A stretch of DNA of 40,325 bases from Octopus bimaculoides (GCF_001194135.2 NC_068987.1:36365158-36405482), one strand, 5' to 3'. Positions 23,778-37,265 are shown, counted from the first letter of the stretch. Numbers and translations are program-made. Notes: generated by a model not told the origin, from the sequence alone.

Positions 23778-23880
23778 GTATGTATGTATGTATGTATGTA
23801 TGTATGTATGTATGTATGCATGCATGTTTGCATGCATGCATGCATGCATGCATGTATGTATGTATGTATGTACGTATGTA
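23778..23880. repeat. (TATG)n-(CATG)n-(TATG)n compound microsatellite
   Basis: Directly visible. Confidence 0.95.
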
Positions 23881-26145
23881 CACAATCGAAGAACAGAAAG
23901 AAAACAACCGCTCAACAGGTAAACAAATTCTTTGTAGCTGTAGTTATAGAAGAAACCGTAACTACAAAGCGCATTTCACTTGGAGTCATGAATTGAATAA
24001 CGATCTATTTAACTGCTACAAAAATGCGAAGCAAAACCCCACTATTGGCTATATGAATCTATTGAAATCATGTTGGGACGATCTGCGTCCAGAATTAAAT
24101 CATTTTACTCCGAAGCAACTACGCCAACAACCAACGTTTGTGGAATAGAAGGAAGGTTAGTAACTGTAACTTTATTTAAAAAATTGAAAATTAACCTTCT
24201 TCCCAACTCTATAAACAAAAACGAAAACGTAAATGATATAAGACCACCACATGGTTTCGCAGCTAGCGACATTCCAACAGATTCCATAGTGTCTTCCAGC
24301 CAAACTACGTTATTGGCTAAAGTAATTGACCACTTTCTCCCTACTACCACTATGGTAAATAGTAGACACAACCGCAACAATTATTGTAGTATTAGCGGTA
24401 ATCAGGATTATATGCCGGCGAAAAGTGCCCTTACTGAAAGTTTTCAGGAAAAATTAACTTTGGCTTTGAAGTACTCTCTCAAAGAGAGAGTATTCTCTAC
24501 CAAAATAAGTAAAAAGAAAAAAATCAAACCAGATACGGTATTAAAAGCTGTTAACGAAATTGATGTGTATTTAGAGCAGTGTGATGAATCCACATGCTGG
24601 CAGATTAACGCCTGTCTGTATACTCTGACTGCCACTGTAAGACAGTACATGAATGATATTCAAAATGTAAACAAAACCGAAACAACAAAGAAAGTACCAT
24701 CATGGGTTTTGAGAAAAAGATAACTGGTTTACGGAATAGTATCAGTCATGTAATGATGCCTATTGTATGCAAACAAGCAAATCACTACACGTCCCACCAA
24801 CAGAAAGTAAAGGATATAGAAATGATGTTTGGAGACAGCAAAAAGCGGACACTCACTTACAAATTGATTACCCTCAAGCAGGAGCTAAAAGCCATCAGTG
24901 AAAAACTCCGACATCAGAAGAGAATAACCGAGAGAAGAACACTTAGCAAAGACTTTGACTGTGACCAGCAGGATACAGAGACATGAGAGGAGGAGTAGTA
25001 AACATCACGGAAGCTCCTTCACGAGAAGACATAAACTTGTGGAGGGAAATCTGGAGGGAAGAAAAGGAATTTAACCAAGATGCTCTGTGGCTGGAAGAAA
25101 TCCGAAAAAGTTATTGCTCCTACGTTAAATCCAAGAAATATACCATTGATGGTGAAACGCTTGCAACAGTGATTCAGATTCTCCAGGATGGAAAAGCACC
25201 TGAAAGAGACTTGATTGGTGGTTATTGGTACAAGAAGCTAACATTCTACTGATCATACCATATCAATCTGTACCAGCAAACTCTCATTGGGAACAGTATC
25301 ATACCACACTGGCTAGCTCTGCCAGAGACAAAATTTATCACCAAATGCAGAACCACCCACATGGCAAAAAAAACTACTGGCCAATTGCATGGCAGAACTT
25401 AATGTATAAGATATATACAGCATATTTAGACCTCTTCCTCCAGGATCATTGTGAAACCAATAACATTATCACATCAGAACAAACAGCTGGGAAGGAAGGA
25501 GCCTGGGGATGTGCCGAGTAATTGTTAATCAAGAAAAGTTTGTGTCAGAGGTACAAGAGCATAGCAGGAGTTTAGTTTGAATGTGGCTAGACTACAAAAA
25601 AAGCGTTTGACACTTTTCTCCACTCAGAAGCCCTTCAAATTGTTAAAGTTCCATTGAGAATAGTCAGAGCCATAGCTGACCTGACTTCATCGTGGGTCAC
25701 CATCTTGAAATTAGACACAAAGACTGACTGTATTTTCACCCATAGAATTCAGTATCGCAAAGGCATACTCCAAGGAGATAGCCTCCCTGTGATGTTGTTT
25801 ATACATTTTGTAAACCCCTTGTCATTCGTGTTACATACGTTTGAAGGATATCTCACTGCTTCACAAGGAAAAAGGAACATCAAAATTACACACTGTTTCT
25901 TTGTGGATGACTTAAAACCTTATGCAAAGAATATGCTTGAGATGAAAAAGAGCCTTGACATAGTTACAACATTCTCAAAAGATGTAGGGTGGGAGTTTGG
26001 TCAGGAAAAATGTTATATGGGTGTGAAAAGGAGGAAAACTACAAACCAGACTAATAACAGACATCTCTATCAATGATTTGACCGTTTCCCCAGTATCTGA
26101 CGAGGAATGTTACATGTGTCTAGGGGTGGATGAAAATATATAAAT
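23880..26145 (+). mobile_element. R4/Dong-like non-LTR retrotransposon, N-terminus through RT, with many stops and frameshifts
   Basis: N-terminal FTWSHELNNDLFNCY..GYMNLLKSCWDD; LITLKQELKAISEKLR; GKAPERDLIGGYWYK; KNYWPIAWQNLMYKIYT; EQTAGKEGAWGC; WLDYKK.AFD; KGILQGDSL; FFVDDLK; FGQEKC; YMCLGVDEN. The sequence then runs into (TA)n and a gap. Confidence 0.9.
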
Positions 26146-26178
26146 ATATTATAAGTATCATATATATATATATATATA

Positions 26179-27032
26179 NNNNNNNNNNNNNNNNNNNNNN
26201 NNNNNNNNNNNNNNNNNNNNNNNNNNNNNNNNNNNNNNNNNNNNNNNNNNNNNNNNNNNNNNNNNNNNNNNNNNNNNNNNNNNNNNNNNNNNNNNNNNNN
26301 NNNNNNNNNNNNNNNNNNNNNNNNNNNNNNNNNNNNNNNNNNNNNNNNNNNNNNNNNNNNNNNNNNNNNNNNNNNNNNNNNNNNNNNNNNNNNNNNNNNN
26401 NNNNNNNNNNNNNNNNNNNNNNNNNNNNNNNNNNNNNNNNNNNNNNNNNNNNNNNNNNNNNNNNNNNNNNNNNNNNNNNNNNNNNNNNNNNNNNNNNNNN
26501 NNNNNNNNNNNNNNNNNNNNNNNNNNNNNNNNNNNNNNNNNNNNNNNNNNNNNNNNNNNNNNNNNNNNNNNNNNNNNNNNNNNNNNNNNNNNNNNNNNNN
26601 NNNNNNNNNNNNNNNNNNNNNNNNNNNNNNNNNNNNNNNNNNNNNNNNNNNNNNNNNNNNNNNNNNNNNNNNNNNNNNNNNNNNNNNNNNNNNNNNNNNN
26701 NNNNNNNNNNNNNNNNNNNNNNNNNNNNNNNNNNNNNNNNNNNNNNNNNNNNNNNNNNNNNNNNNNNNNNNNNNNNNNNNNNNNNNNNNNNNNNNNNNNN
26801 NNNNNNNNNNNNNNNNNNNNNNNNNNNNNNNNNNNNNNNNNNNNNNNNNNNNNNNNNNNNNNNNNNNNNNNNNNNNNNNNNNNNNNNNNNNNNNNNNNNN
26901 NNNNNNNNNNNNNNNNNNNNNNNNNNNNNNNNNNNNNNNNNNNNNNNNNNNNNNNNNNNNNNNNNNNNNNNNNNNNNNNNNNNNNNNNNNNNNNNNNNNN
27001 NNNNNNNNNNNNNNNNNNNNNNNNNNNNNNNN
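26179..27032. other. Assembly gap (N run)
   Basis: 854 N flanked by (TA)n on both sides. Confidence 0.99.
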
Positions 27033-27096
27033 TATATATATATGTATATATATATATATACATGTATATGTGTATATAATATATATATATCTATAT

Positions 27097-27148
<52 letters not shown>

Positions 27149-27348
27149 TGAGCGAATGAGAGGGAGAGATATATCTATGTATTTATATATACGTAGATAC
27201 ATAGATATTACATAGATTTTTATATTTACTCATATGTGTATGTACGTATGTATGTACATACACACGTGTGTGTATACAAATACAAGTTAGTTAGATTTAG
27301 GTGTATTATTATGTATGAGCGTGTGTGTGCATATATATATATAAATAT

Positions 27349-27423
<75 letters not shown>

Positions 27424-27645
27424 TAAATATATATACGTATGCACGTATCTATTTATGTATGTATGCGTGTGTATATGCTTATGTGTTCAGAGAAAATAAG
27501 GCAGAGAGATTGTATACGTATAGTTGAAAGAGGCTGTGTGTGCGTGAGTGTTTGTGTGCGTGTGTGTGTGCATGTGTGTGTGTGAAAGAGAGAGAGTGTG
27601 AGTGTCTGAAAGTGAGGGGCAGATATATATAGAGAGATAGGAACG
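27033..27645. repeat. Compound (TA)/(AG)/(AGAT)/(GT) microsatellite field
   Basis: Directly visible. Confidence 0.9.
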
Positions 27646-27689
27646 AGTATTACCTCGGTATGTTACTTTGATGCTGGCTAATGAACCAT

Positions 27690-28087
27690 AAACTATGTGA
27701 TGTGTTGGTAACAGTATTGGCGGTAGCAATGGTTCAAATGATAGAGGTGTTGGCGTGGGTGGTGATGATTGTGTTTGTTTTGGTATTGCTGGCAATGACG
27801 GTGGTGGTGACAGTTGGAGTGGCTTTTGTAGTGGTGGTCGGGTAGAGTTGGCGCTTTTGCGACTGGTGCCTGTGGAGACATCAGTGGCGGAGAGAAAGTT
27901 ATAGTTATGATTCTGGTTGATGAGATAGTGATTCTGTTCTGGTGTGGTCGGTGATTGTAAGAGAGGGGTTGTCGTGGTGACGGTAGGATCGTCGGTGATA
28001 GTTTTATTGGTGGTGAAGAAGGTAGCATTTGTTTGGTCGGTAGCGATTTGATGATGATGATGACCGTCATCATCATAATGATGGAAG

Positions 28088-28140
<53 letters not shown>

Positions 28141-28178
28141 GTGGTGGGGATGATGATGATGATGATGATGATGATGAC

Positions 28179-28210
<32 letters not shown>

Positions 28211-28625
28211 CGACGACGACGACGGCAACGACGATGATAGTGATGTTGATAGTACCGGTAATGACGATAATGAAGACGAGGATGACGACAACGACAATGA
28301 CAGCGACGACGACGACGATGACGAAGACGACGACGACGATGATGATGATGATGATAGCTATGATTATGATGATGATAACCATGGCGATGGTGGTGATTCT
28401 GACAGTGGTCGTCGTGGTGGTGTTTATTGCTGCTGGTGGCCGTTATGTCTATTGATTGTAATAATATCAGTAACATCAGTTGTGGCTGTAGTTGTCGTAT
28501 TGGTAGCGGCAATAATAACTATGATGGCGGAGCTAAGAGGTAGTACGGTATTGATGGTGGTGACGGAGGTGGTGGTGGTGGTGGTGGTGGTGGTGGTGGT
28601 GGTGGTGGTAGAGGTGGCGTTGATC
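27690..28625. repeat. Degenerate (GAT/GAC/GGT)n trinucleotide field
   Basis: Directly visible; this is the source of the poly-His, poly-Met and poly-Ser pseudo-ORFs. Confidence 0.9.
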
Positions 28626-29206
28626 GTTATAGTTTGTGCCAAACTGTAATAAAACCTAGTGATTTCACTTGATCAAACAGAATTGTTAAATTCACCCTAA
28701 CACTTCCTGGCCTAACTAACGTTTTACAGTAACAGCTTATTTGATAACAGAGATCTTAGTTGCAAACACACTGATAAATGCATACAGACATAGCAAGAAC
28801 TAACGGATAAGCACACATACATACACATACACATCCACATGCACACAAACACAAATATATGCACACATATATGCGTCAATGTCTGTGTATATATGACATA
28901 TATATATATATGCTATATATATATATGTGTGTGTGTGTGTATGTGTGTGTGTGTGATTGTGTGTGCGCGAGTGTGTGCGTGTGTATAAATACACATTGAT
29001 ATTTGTTTCTGTACGATCACAGTCATCTATACACACACTCACACATACACACTTAAAACGCGCGCGCACACACATACGCACACACACACACACACACACA
29101 CACTCATATATATACAAACACACACACAAACGCACGTACTCACATATCTATATCTATATGTATCAGTTTATCATTCAGCCTCTATTTGTATATGTATATT
29201 TATATT

Positions 29207-29250
<44 letters not shown>

Positions 29251-29630
29251 TACTGTGATATAATTGGACAATCTTGAAAACTTCATTTTCATGTGTTTTA
29301 AGAGCAACTCAGGTAGCCTGACTAAATTCCTTCGTAACCTTTTGAAAATACACAATTTGCAGAGATGAAACGTGTATTTTATATGAAAGTAGGTACTGAA
29401 AATATAAAAATTGAATATTAAGACTTTTATGTATATTCCTAGTGTAGTTTTGAAGCATCTGTCTTTATATTTTCCCGATCAGGTATCGGAAAAAATGAAC
29501 GCTGACATTTTGCTATCTTTTCATTTTTCCCCCTACCTTTTTGTCTACTGTCTGCTTTTACACGCTCAAACACACAAACACACACACACATGCACACACG
29601 TAGACATAAATTCACACACACACACACACG

Positions 29631-29661
<31 letters not shown>

Positions 29662-29949
29662 ACACGTAAACAGAAATTCACACGCGCGCACACACACAAC
29701 TGATTTCTCTTTTTTATGTCCATGTAGTGCCTCCATCCAAGTATATATCTGTGTAGGCGTATGTTCTTTGTGCACACATGCGGATTCATTCATATATGAT
29801 GTTAATAAGATTTAGAAGTGGGTGAAACAATTTCTGTCAATCTTTTCCTCGAATACAGTTTGTTGTAGATTCTCGATTTGTAGACGTCTACAACTAATCT
29901 GTTGACAGTTTGAACGAAATTCTTGTCCCCATAATAGTCATTCATTCTT

Positions 29950-30555
29950 AACTGTTTGGTAAGAACTTCGCTTCCCAACCATATGGATCCTAGTTTAGCA
30001 CCACTTGTGCAACAGACCTCTGCTGTAGCCTCGGCCCCACCAAAGCTTTATGAGTAGAATGGGTAGACGGAAACTGAAAGAGACCCATCGTGTGTGTGTG
30101 TATATGTATGTATATAATTCCTCGCCATATCGCGGTTCACATATCGCGCTTTATTATCTAAGCTTACGTTGATTCCTCTGTGGTAGTGTTTTGCATTTAT
30201 AATAAAATAGATATATAGAAATTATAAAAATAACTTTTAAGATATACAGTATTGTTTTTACTTCGTAGGTTTCCACCTATTGCAGGAGTTTTTCGAACGT
30301 AACAGCCACGATAGTAGCGGTATTGCTGCATATATATATATATATGTGTGTGTGTTTTTGGGTCAGTGGTGTTCCCACCACCACTGCTTAGCAACGGATG
30401 CTGGTGTGTTTACTTTCTCGTAACCTAGCGGTTCGGCATAAGAAACAATGGAATAAGTACCAGTCTCTAAATAAATAATTCCTTGGGTCGATACATTCAA
30501 CTAACGACTCAAGGTGGTGCCCCATCATGGCTGCAGTTTAATGACTGACACAAGT
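29950..30555 (+). mobile_element. Bipartite tRNA-derived SINE interrupted by a MITE
   Basis: Head 29950-30090 (..GGTAGACGGAAACTGAAAGAGACCCATCG), microsatellite core, tail 30360-30555 (GGTGTGTTTAC..GCGGTTCGGC..GAATAAGTAC..GGGTCGAT..CATGGCTGCAG..TGACTGACACAAG). Confidence 0.8.
30113..30329. mobile_element. pogo/Tigger-like MITE
   Basis: Ends TAATTCCTCGCCATATCGCGG and reverse complement CAGCAATACCGCTACTATCGTGGCTGTTACGTTC resemble pogo-family CAGTAxxCCTCG..ATCGCGG termini. AT-rich interior; sits in a TA tract. Confidence 0.6.
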
Positions 30556-31248
30556 GAAATATAACCACCAGATTGTATACACGCATTTATTATGCTTGGG
30601 TGAGATGTTTCAGGTCGATTATGCATGAAGCGTTGGCAAGAGTTATATTCGTATCGCTGGTTGAGACGTATCTCACAATCGGAATTTGCAGATTTCCTTT
30701 GGTGCCGCATACAATTCTATTCAGATACTGAGGGTACCAAGTACAACTTCCGAGCAATCGCAAAGATTCCATATGGAAAAATCTTTCGTTTGAGGCAACT
30801 TTTGAATTCTTCTTATCATCAGATGTGACATATCGTTAGTCGATTCAGAACTTTCACATTCAAAATCTATATTTCAGCGACACCGACACGTTAAAGGATG
30901 GATTAGCTTAACTAACGGTGATTATACACACACATACACATACACACACATATATATATATATAATATATATACACACAAATATATATACATATAGCTAG
31001 AGAGAGAGGAGGATGGAGAGTGGTGAGGAGAGAGCGGGGGAGAAACAGATAGACATACAAACAAACTAAGAGAGGGGAGAGAGAGAGAGAAAGGTAACGA
31101 TGCATATAAACAAATAAGACCGCTTCCGCTAGCTATATAAAATACACATACATATATACATGCAGAGAGACAAAGATTGAAGATATTCATTCTGTTGCTT
31201 CTTTTAAAAATTAATGAAAATATGTATATCTATATATAAATATAGATA

Positions 31249-31315
<67 letters not shown>

Positions 31316-31974
31316 CTTCTACTTGTTTCAGCTAGTAGACTGCGGCTATTGCTAGAAATAAGAATTAAAATACTCTGAATGCTGTACGAACAGTGCATAA
31401 ATTATGCAAACATGCCGACAGGGGAAGTAACTGCCCCAAGGCCACTTCACGGATTCTCACACTAGATCTGGTTTCTCCAGTGAGGACTGCTCGAACGGCA
31501 CATGATCTGCTAATTCTCTCAGCAACACAGACACACGCACACACATATGTGTGTATATATGCATGTATATATATATAATTCAAATTTACAAGAAACTAAA
31601 GACAAAGACAGGCGAGGAAACGAAAAGCAGGTGCATAAGTTTGACTCTAATAATAACATATATACATATATATCAATTTTTATAAGGATGAGATCGTTAT
31701 TTAAAATACCGACCATATCAAGTGGCCAGCATGAGAATAAAACCCTTACAGGTAATAATTATTGTTAAAAGATACCACCATGCAAGAGATAGCGGTGAAA
31801 ACTTGACTCTAAAAACCATATCATATATACATACAGCATGAGGAGAAAAGACAAATAGATAAATGAAGTAGCAAAAAAATTATTGGCTGATCCCAGATCT
31901 GGATTTTTGGCTCTGTATAAAAATATACACTGCCTCATCAATGGGATATACACAGATAGTACATAATTACAAAC

Positions 31975-32010
<36 letters not shown>

Positions 32011-32122
32011 TGAGAGAGAGAGAGAGATACCTATATATGTATATATATATATATACATGAACTATAAGAAAAGGCAAAATTGAAAGATTTTGGTTCTCAC
32101 CTCTTTTATTTAAATGTATGTA

Positions 32123-32706
32123 NNNNNNNNNNNNNNNNNNNNNNNNNNNNNNNNNNNNNNNNNNNNNNNNNNNNNNNNNNNNNNNNNNNNNNNNNNNNNN
32201 NNNNNNNNNNNNNNNNNNNNNNNNNNNNNNNNNNNNNNNNNNNNNNNNNNNNNNNNNNNNNNNNNNNNNNNNNNNNNNNNNNNNNNNNNNNNNNNNNNNN
32301 NNNNNNNNNNNNNNNNNNNNNNNNNNNNNNNNNNNNNNNNNNNNNNNNNNNNNNNNNNNNNNNNNNNNNNNNNNNNNNNNNNNNNNNNNNNNNNNNNNNN
32401 NNNNNNNNNNNNNNNNNNNNNNNNNNNNNNNNNNNNNNNNNNNNNNNNNNNNNNNNNNNNNNNNNNNNNNNNNNNNNNNNNNNNNNNNNNNNNNNNNNNN
32501 NNNNNNNNNNNNNNNNNNNNNNNNNNNNNNNNNNNNNNNNNNNNNNNNNNNNNNNNNNNNNNNNNNNNNNNNNNNNNNNNNNNNNNNNNNNNNNNNNNNN
32601 NNNNNNNNNNNNNNNNNNNNNNNNNNNNNNNNNNNNNNNNNNNNNNNNNNNNNNNNNNNNNNNNNNNNNNNNNNNNNNNNNNNNNNNNNNNNNNNNNNNN
32701 NNNNNN
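32123..32706. other. Assembly gap (N run)
   Basis: N run next to the (TA)n core of a SINE. Confidence 0.99.
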
Positions 32707-32734
<28 letters not shown>

Positions 32735-32737
<3 letters not shown>

Positions 32738-32870
32738 TGCTACAGGCTTCTTTCAGTTTCCCTGTACCAAATCTACTCACAAGGCTACCAAATCCACTCA
32801 CAGTTGACTCAAGGCTATAGTAGGACTGAAACTGGAAACCTGTGGTAGAGAAGCAAACGTACCGCGATTG
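32735..32870 (-). mobile_element. SINE head fragment with an internal ~21-bp tandem duplication
   Basis: CAGGCTTCTTTCAGTTTCC followed by TACCAAATCTACTCACAAGGC and TACCAAATCCACTCACAG. Confidence 0.7.
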
Positions 32871-33003
32871 TGTGTGTGTGTGTGTCTGTGTCTGTGTGTA
32901 TGCGCGCGCGTGTGTGCTTTTAAATACTTTATTCAAAACTCATTATCAATATGAGATGATAGATACTGTCTAATAAATGTTTCTATCTATTATACGTGTT
33001 CAG

Positions 33004-33028
33004 ACAGTGCAGCTACACAAACTGGCCG
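33004..33028 (+). other. Candidate 25-nt exon
   Basis: CTAAT at 32970-32974, T-rich tract, CAG acceptor and GTGAGT donor. The 3' end resembles that of the 22073-22122 candidate. Confidence 0.2.
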
Positions 33029-33855
33029 GTGAGTAGTATGAATAAGTAAGGCTGTTGACAGGTCAATCTACTCTGCCATAGCAGTCAACAGAAGTAACAC
33101 AGAGGTAGTGAGACCAGACTGAAGAATGTGGGGGTCAGACGCAGCAGGGAAATTGGTAGAGAATGGCGGAAAATGTATCTCTGACAGCAACAGTAGTGTG
33201 GATTCTATTAATGATAAAAAGAAATTTGAAACCCCTTATAAAGAAACGTACATACATGCACTCACGCTGTTCTTCATCCTTCTGTTTTTCTGTCCCACCC
33301 TTCGCCTATTCATCTCTCCCTTTCACCGTTCCCTCTCTCTCTCACTCTTCCTTCTTGACTCTCTCATCGCTGACACGTGACGAAAGGGAATCTCTCTTTC
33401 TGTACTCTGCCTTCCTAAAGAAAAGACATGCTTTTTCTGTCTCTTCTCTCATGGCTCGTCTACCTAGCGTTCATAATAATTTTTCTATCGTCTTGACTCA
33501 ACAACCCTCACCGTTTGTTTTTACTGTCTTGTTCTCACTGTCCTGTTCTTGTAAACACTTTCAGCCTCCGCAAAAAATCCCAGATTTTAATTAATTTGCT
33601 TTGTGAGAAGGACTGTTTCAACGACCTCGCGTATTGTCTTTGTCTTCGAAACGCGGAGAAGATGAAGCAGGGAAAACTGACGAAAGGGTATATTCTTTAT
33701 GTTGCATGTCTCGTTTCTCTGTTTTCGTTCTTATGTTTTCGTTTCTCATTGTGTTTATCGTTTTTTTTTATGTCCTGTACCCATATATGCATGTATGTAT
33801 ACATATAGATGTAGGTATGTACATATATGTATGGATATATGCATATATTTATATA

Positions 33856-33900
<45 letters not shown>

Positions 33901-33944
33901 CATACATACATACATACATACATACATACATACCACAGACTGAC

Positions 33945-34316
33945 ATCACATGGGTTCGGGTCCAGTCCCACTGCGTGACACCTTGGATAGGTGTCTTCTA
34001 CCAGATCCTCAGATCGACTAAAGTCTTGTGAGCAGATTTCGTAGGCGGAAATTGAAGCAAACCCGTTGTATATATATATATATGTATGTGTGTGAGTACG
34101 TGTGTGTTCTCTCGCGCTTCTGTGTCTGGGTTTATCCCCCATCAATTCAGAATCGGTGTTGGTGTATTTATGTTTCCTTAACTTCACGGTTAGGCGAAAG
34201 TGACCGATAGAATAAGTTCTAAGCGTAATAAAAAAAAATAATCGATTTGTTCGATTAAAATGTCCGTCAAGACGGAGCCCCAGCATGGCCACAGTCAACT
34301 GACTTAAGCAAGTATA

Positions 34317-34318
<2 letters not shown>
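33945..34318 (+). mobile_element. Near-complete bipartite tRNA-derived SINE
   Basis: Head (GGTTCGGGTCCAGTCCCACTGCGTGACACCTTGG), (TA)/(GT) core, tail (CGGTGTTGGTG..GACCGATAGAATAAG..CCAGCATGGCCACAGTCAACTGAC). Confidence 0.85.
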
Positions 34319-34364
<46 letters not shown>

Positions 34365-35733
34365 GAGTATATATGTGTCTATGTGTGTATGCATATGCAT
34401 ACATAACAACGTATAAACAAATAGACATTCATACATAGATGTGTGTAGGTCGCAATACAGAATCAATGCGCTTACATTCTTTCAAATATCCGTATGTATA
34501 TGTAGAACCATGAATATGCAAAAGTTGTTTACGAACCCTCTGAATTCTGACTGACTCAAACCAAACATCCTTCACTTACTTTAATGATCAATAATCGAAC
34601 CTTTTACATTTATTTTCTATACATTTTCGACCACCAACCTCAGTCCATTACGATATTATCTTCCACTTCCTTGCCTACTACAAACCTCCCACACACTTCA
34701 AGAGAAAAAAAATTCACTATTTCCACACTGTTATTGACTAAAGACGCAAAATATAATTTTCTTCTGAACCGTCGGAAAATTTTCACCTCACGGCATACAA
34801 TATTTAAAAAAAAGAAGTCTATTTACTTTACACATATACATTCACTATTACTCACGCGCACGCGCACGCACACACACACACGCACGCGCACGCACACATA
34901 CACACACACACGCACACACACATACACCCACACACACAAACATATAAATATATTTATGTATATACAGACACACGCACGTATATACAGACAGATATTTATG
35001 TGTATATATGTGTGTTCAAGCATCCACCTAAGAGGTTTCACCAACATTGCCTTAGTGAAGTAACAGGGTCATGTTTTCTAAACTTGAATTGTAGATGTCA
35101 GTATCGATTTTCTATATGTTTGCCAGTTGTTAGAGTGGTGGTTATTTTTCTCTCTTATAGGACTTGATTTCAGCTATATATATGTATACACATATATTCA
35201 TATATGTGCGCATACACATACACGCGCCCGCGCGCGTACACACACACACACTCACACACATATTCATTTAACATTAGGAAATCGTACTTTATATATTTTT
35301 ATTTTATTTTCTCATCATGCTTTCGGATTCTTTTTTTTTTTTTTTACCTTGGCTCACAAAACTGAATCACAAGTCATCTCGTAAAATTAATGGCGTATCC
35401 GATCTCTATTTTTGCTCATAACACTTTTCTTATTCTGTTTTTCTGTTATTATATTATCCGTCGTCTCATACATCGTGCTATTACACTGTGAATATATGTG
35501 AATGTGTGTCTTGTGGGCGAATATATTTCTCTGGGTGTGAGCTTGTTTTCTCTTTATTTCTTTAGTTTCTCTAATTACTCATTCCCATATATAACTTTTT
35601 TCTGTGACACCTATGTCACTTACCCACCTCTCTCAAACTACATGTATATAAATACATACATACATATATATACATACGTATATACATACATACATACGAT
35701 ATACATACGTGCATACATACATGCATATATACA

Positions 35734-35781
<48 letters not shown>

Positions 35782-36158
35782 NNNNNNNNNNNNNNNNNNN
35801 NNNNNNNNNNNNNNNNNNNNNNNNNNNNNNNNNNNNNNNNNNNNNNNNNNNNNNNNNNNNNNNNNNNNNNNNNNNNNNNNNNNNNNNNNNNNNNNNNNNN
35901 NNNNNNNNNNNNNNNNNNNNNNNNNNNNNNNNNNNNNNNNNNNNNNNNNNNNNNNNNNNNNNNNNNNNNNNNNNNNNNNNNNNNNNNNNNNNNNNNNNNN
36001 NNNNNNNNNNNNNNNNNNNNNNNNNNNNNNNNNNNNNNNNNNNNNNNNNNNNNNNNNNNNNNNNNNNNNNNNNNNNNNNNNNNNNNNNNNNNNNNNNNNN
36101 NNNNNNNNNNNNNNNNNNNNNNNNNNNNNNNNNNNNNNNNNNNNNNNNNNNNNNNNNN
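35782..36158. other. Assembly gap (N run)
   Basis: N run flanked by (TA)n. Confidence 0.99.
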
Positions 36159-36625
36159 TATATATATATATATATATATATATATGCATGTGGATATATA
36201 TGCCTGTATGTATATCGTCTCTTTTCTGTCGAAAGCCTCTTGATATACTCATTCCCTTTCTCTCCCTCCTACTGTTTTCTTATGTACGTCTTTTACTCCT
36301 TGCTCTCCCTTCATTTATATATCCTATAGATTTGATATATCTAACTCGGTTTTTCTCTTCCATTTGCAATACTAAATATCAGGAAATACACTAATATCAA
36401 AGGTTGTGATATGTTTAATTCGTATATACCTATCTATTTGCGTATGTGCATACGTATGCTTGTATGTACATACGTATGTATGTTTTCTTACTCTTTATGT
36501 GTCTCCTCTCGCTTTTCCCCCTGTGCATGTATGTACGTGTGGATTTATGTATACATGTATGTCTATATTGATAGGTATATACATGTTTATGTATTTGTAT
36601 GTGGATGTGTTCATATATATATATA

Positions 36626-37265
36626 TAATTGAATATGTTGAAGTCAAGAAGATGGAGTACATAGACATTTATTTGTAATCCCTTTGTTTCCAAGGGACGT
36701 AGTTCTCCAAGTTTCGCAGGTCATGTAACCGTTTCCCTGCATTGTGAGATTTAGCGTTTCATCAGGTGATATATAAATACTGTTTCTATGTACCTACTCA
36801 TGCTTGTGCACGCATACAGATATGTATGTATATATATATATATNNNNNNNNNNNNNNNNNNNNNNNNNNNNNNNNNNNNNNNNNNNNNNNNNNNNNNNNN
36901 NNNNNNNNNNNNNNNNNNNNNNNNNNNNNNNNNNNNNNNNNNNNNNNNNNNNNNNNNNNNNNNNNNNNNNNNNNNNNNNNNNNNNNNNNNNNNNNNNNNN
37001 NNNNNNNNNNNNNNNNNNNNNNNNNNNNNNNNNNNNNNNNNNNNNNNNNNNNNNNNNNNNNNNNNNNNNNNNNNNNNNNNNNNNNNNNNNNNNNNNNNNN
37101 NNNNNNNNNNNNNNNNNNNNNNNNNNNNNNNNNNNNNNNNNNNNNNNNNNNNNNNNNNNNNNNNNNNNNNNNNNNNNNNNNNNNNNNNNNNNNNNNNNNN
37201 NNNNNNNNNNNNNNNNNNNNNNNNNNNNNNNNNNNNNNNNNNNNNNNNNNNNNNNNNNNNNNNNN

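Noticed and set aside
26120-27202. Long ORFs containing X runs (also at 1926-2664, 7088-7549, 14181-15000, 31967-32936, 35498-36394, 36751-37456)
   Set aside because: They are open only because they cross N gaps and stop-free dinucleotide repeats.
27487-28512. 341-aa His/Pro/Thr-rich ORF and overlapping poly-Met, poly-Ser and poly-Ile ORFs (also 11946-12338, 12954-13410)
   Set aside because: These are translations of degenerate trinucleotide repeats, open in several frames on both strands, with no domain or splice context.
29878-29893. 16-bp palindrome TTGTAGACGTCTACAA
   Set aside because: It is isolated, and about one such palindrome is expected by chance in 40 kb.
30570-30900. Non-repetitive-looking block with short ORFs on both strands
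   Set aside because: No motif was recognised in any frame, so it is left unassigned.
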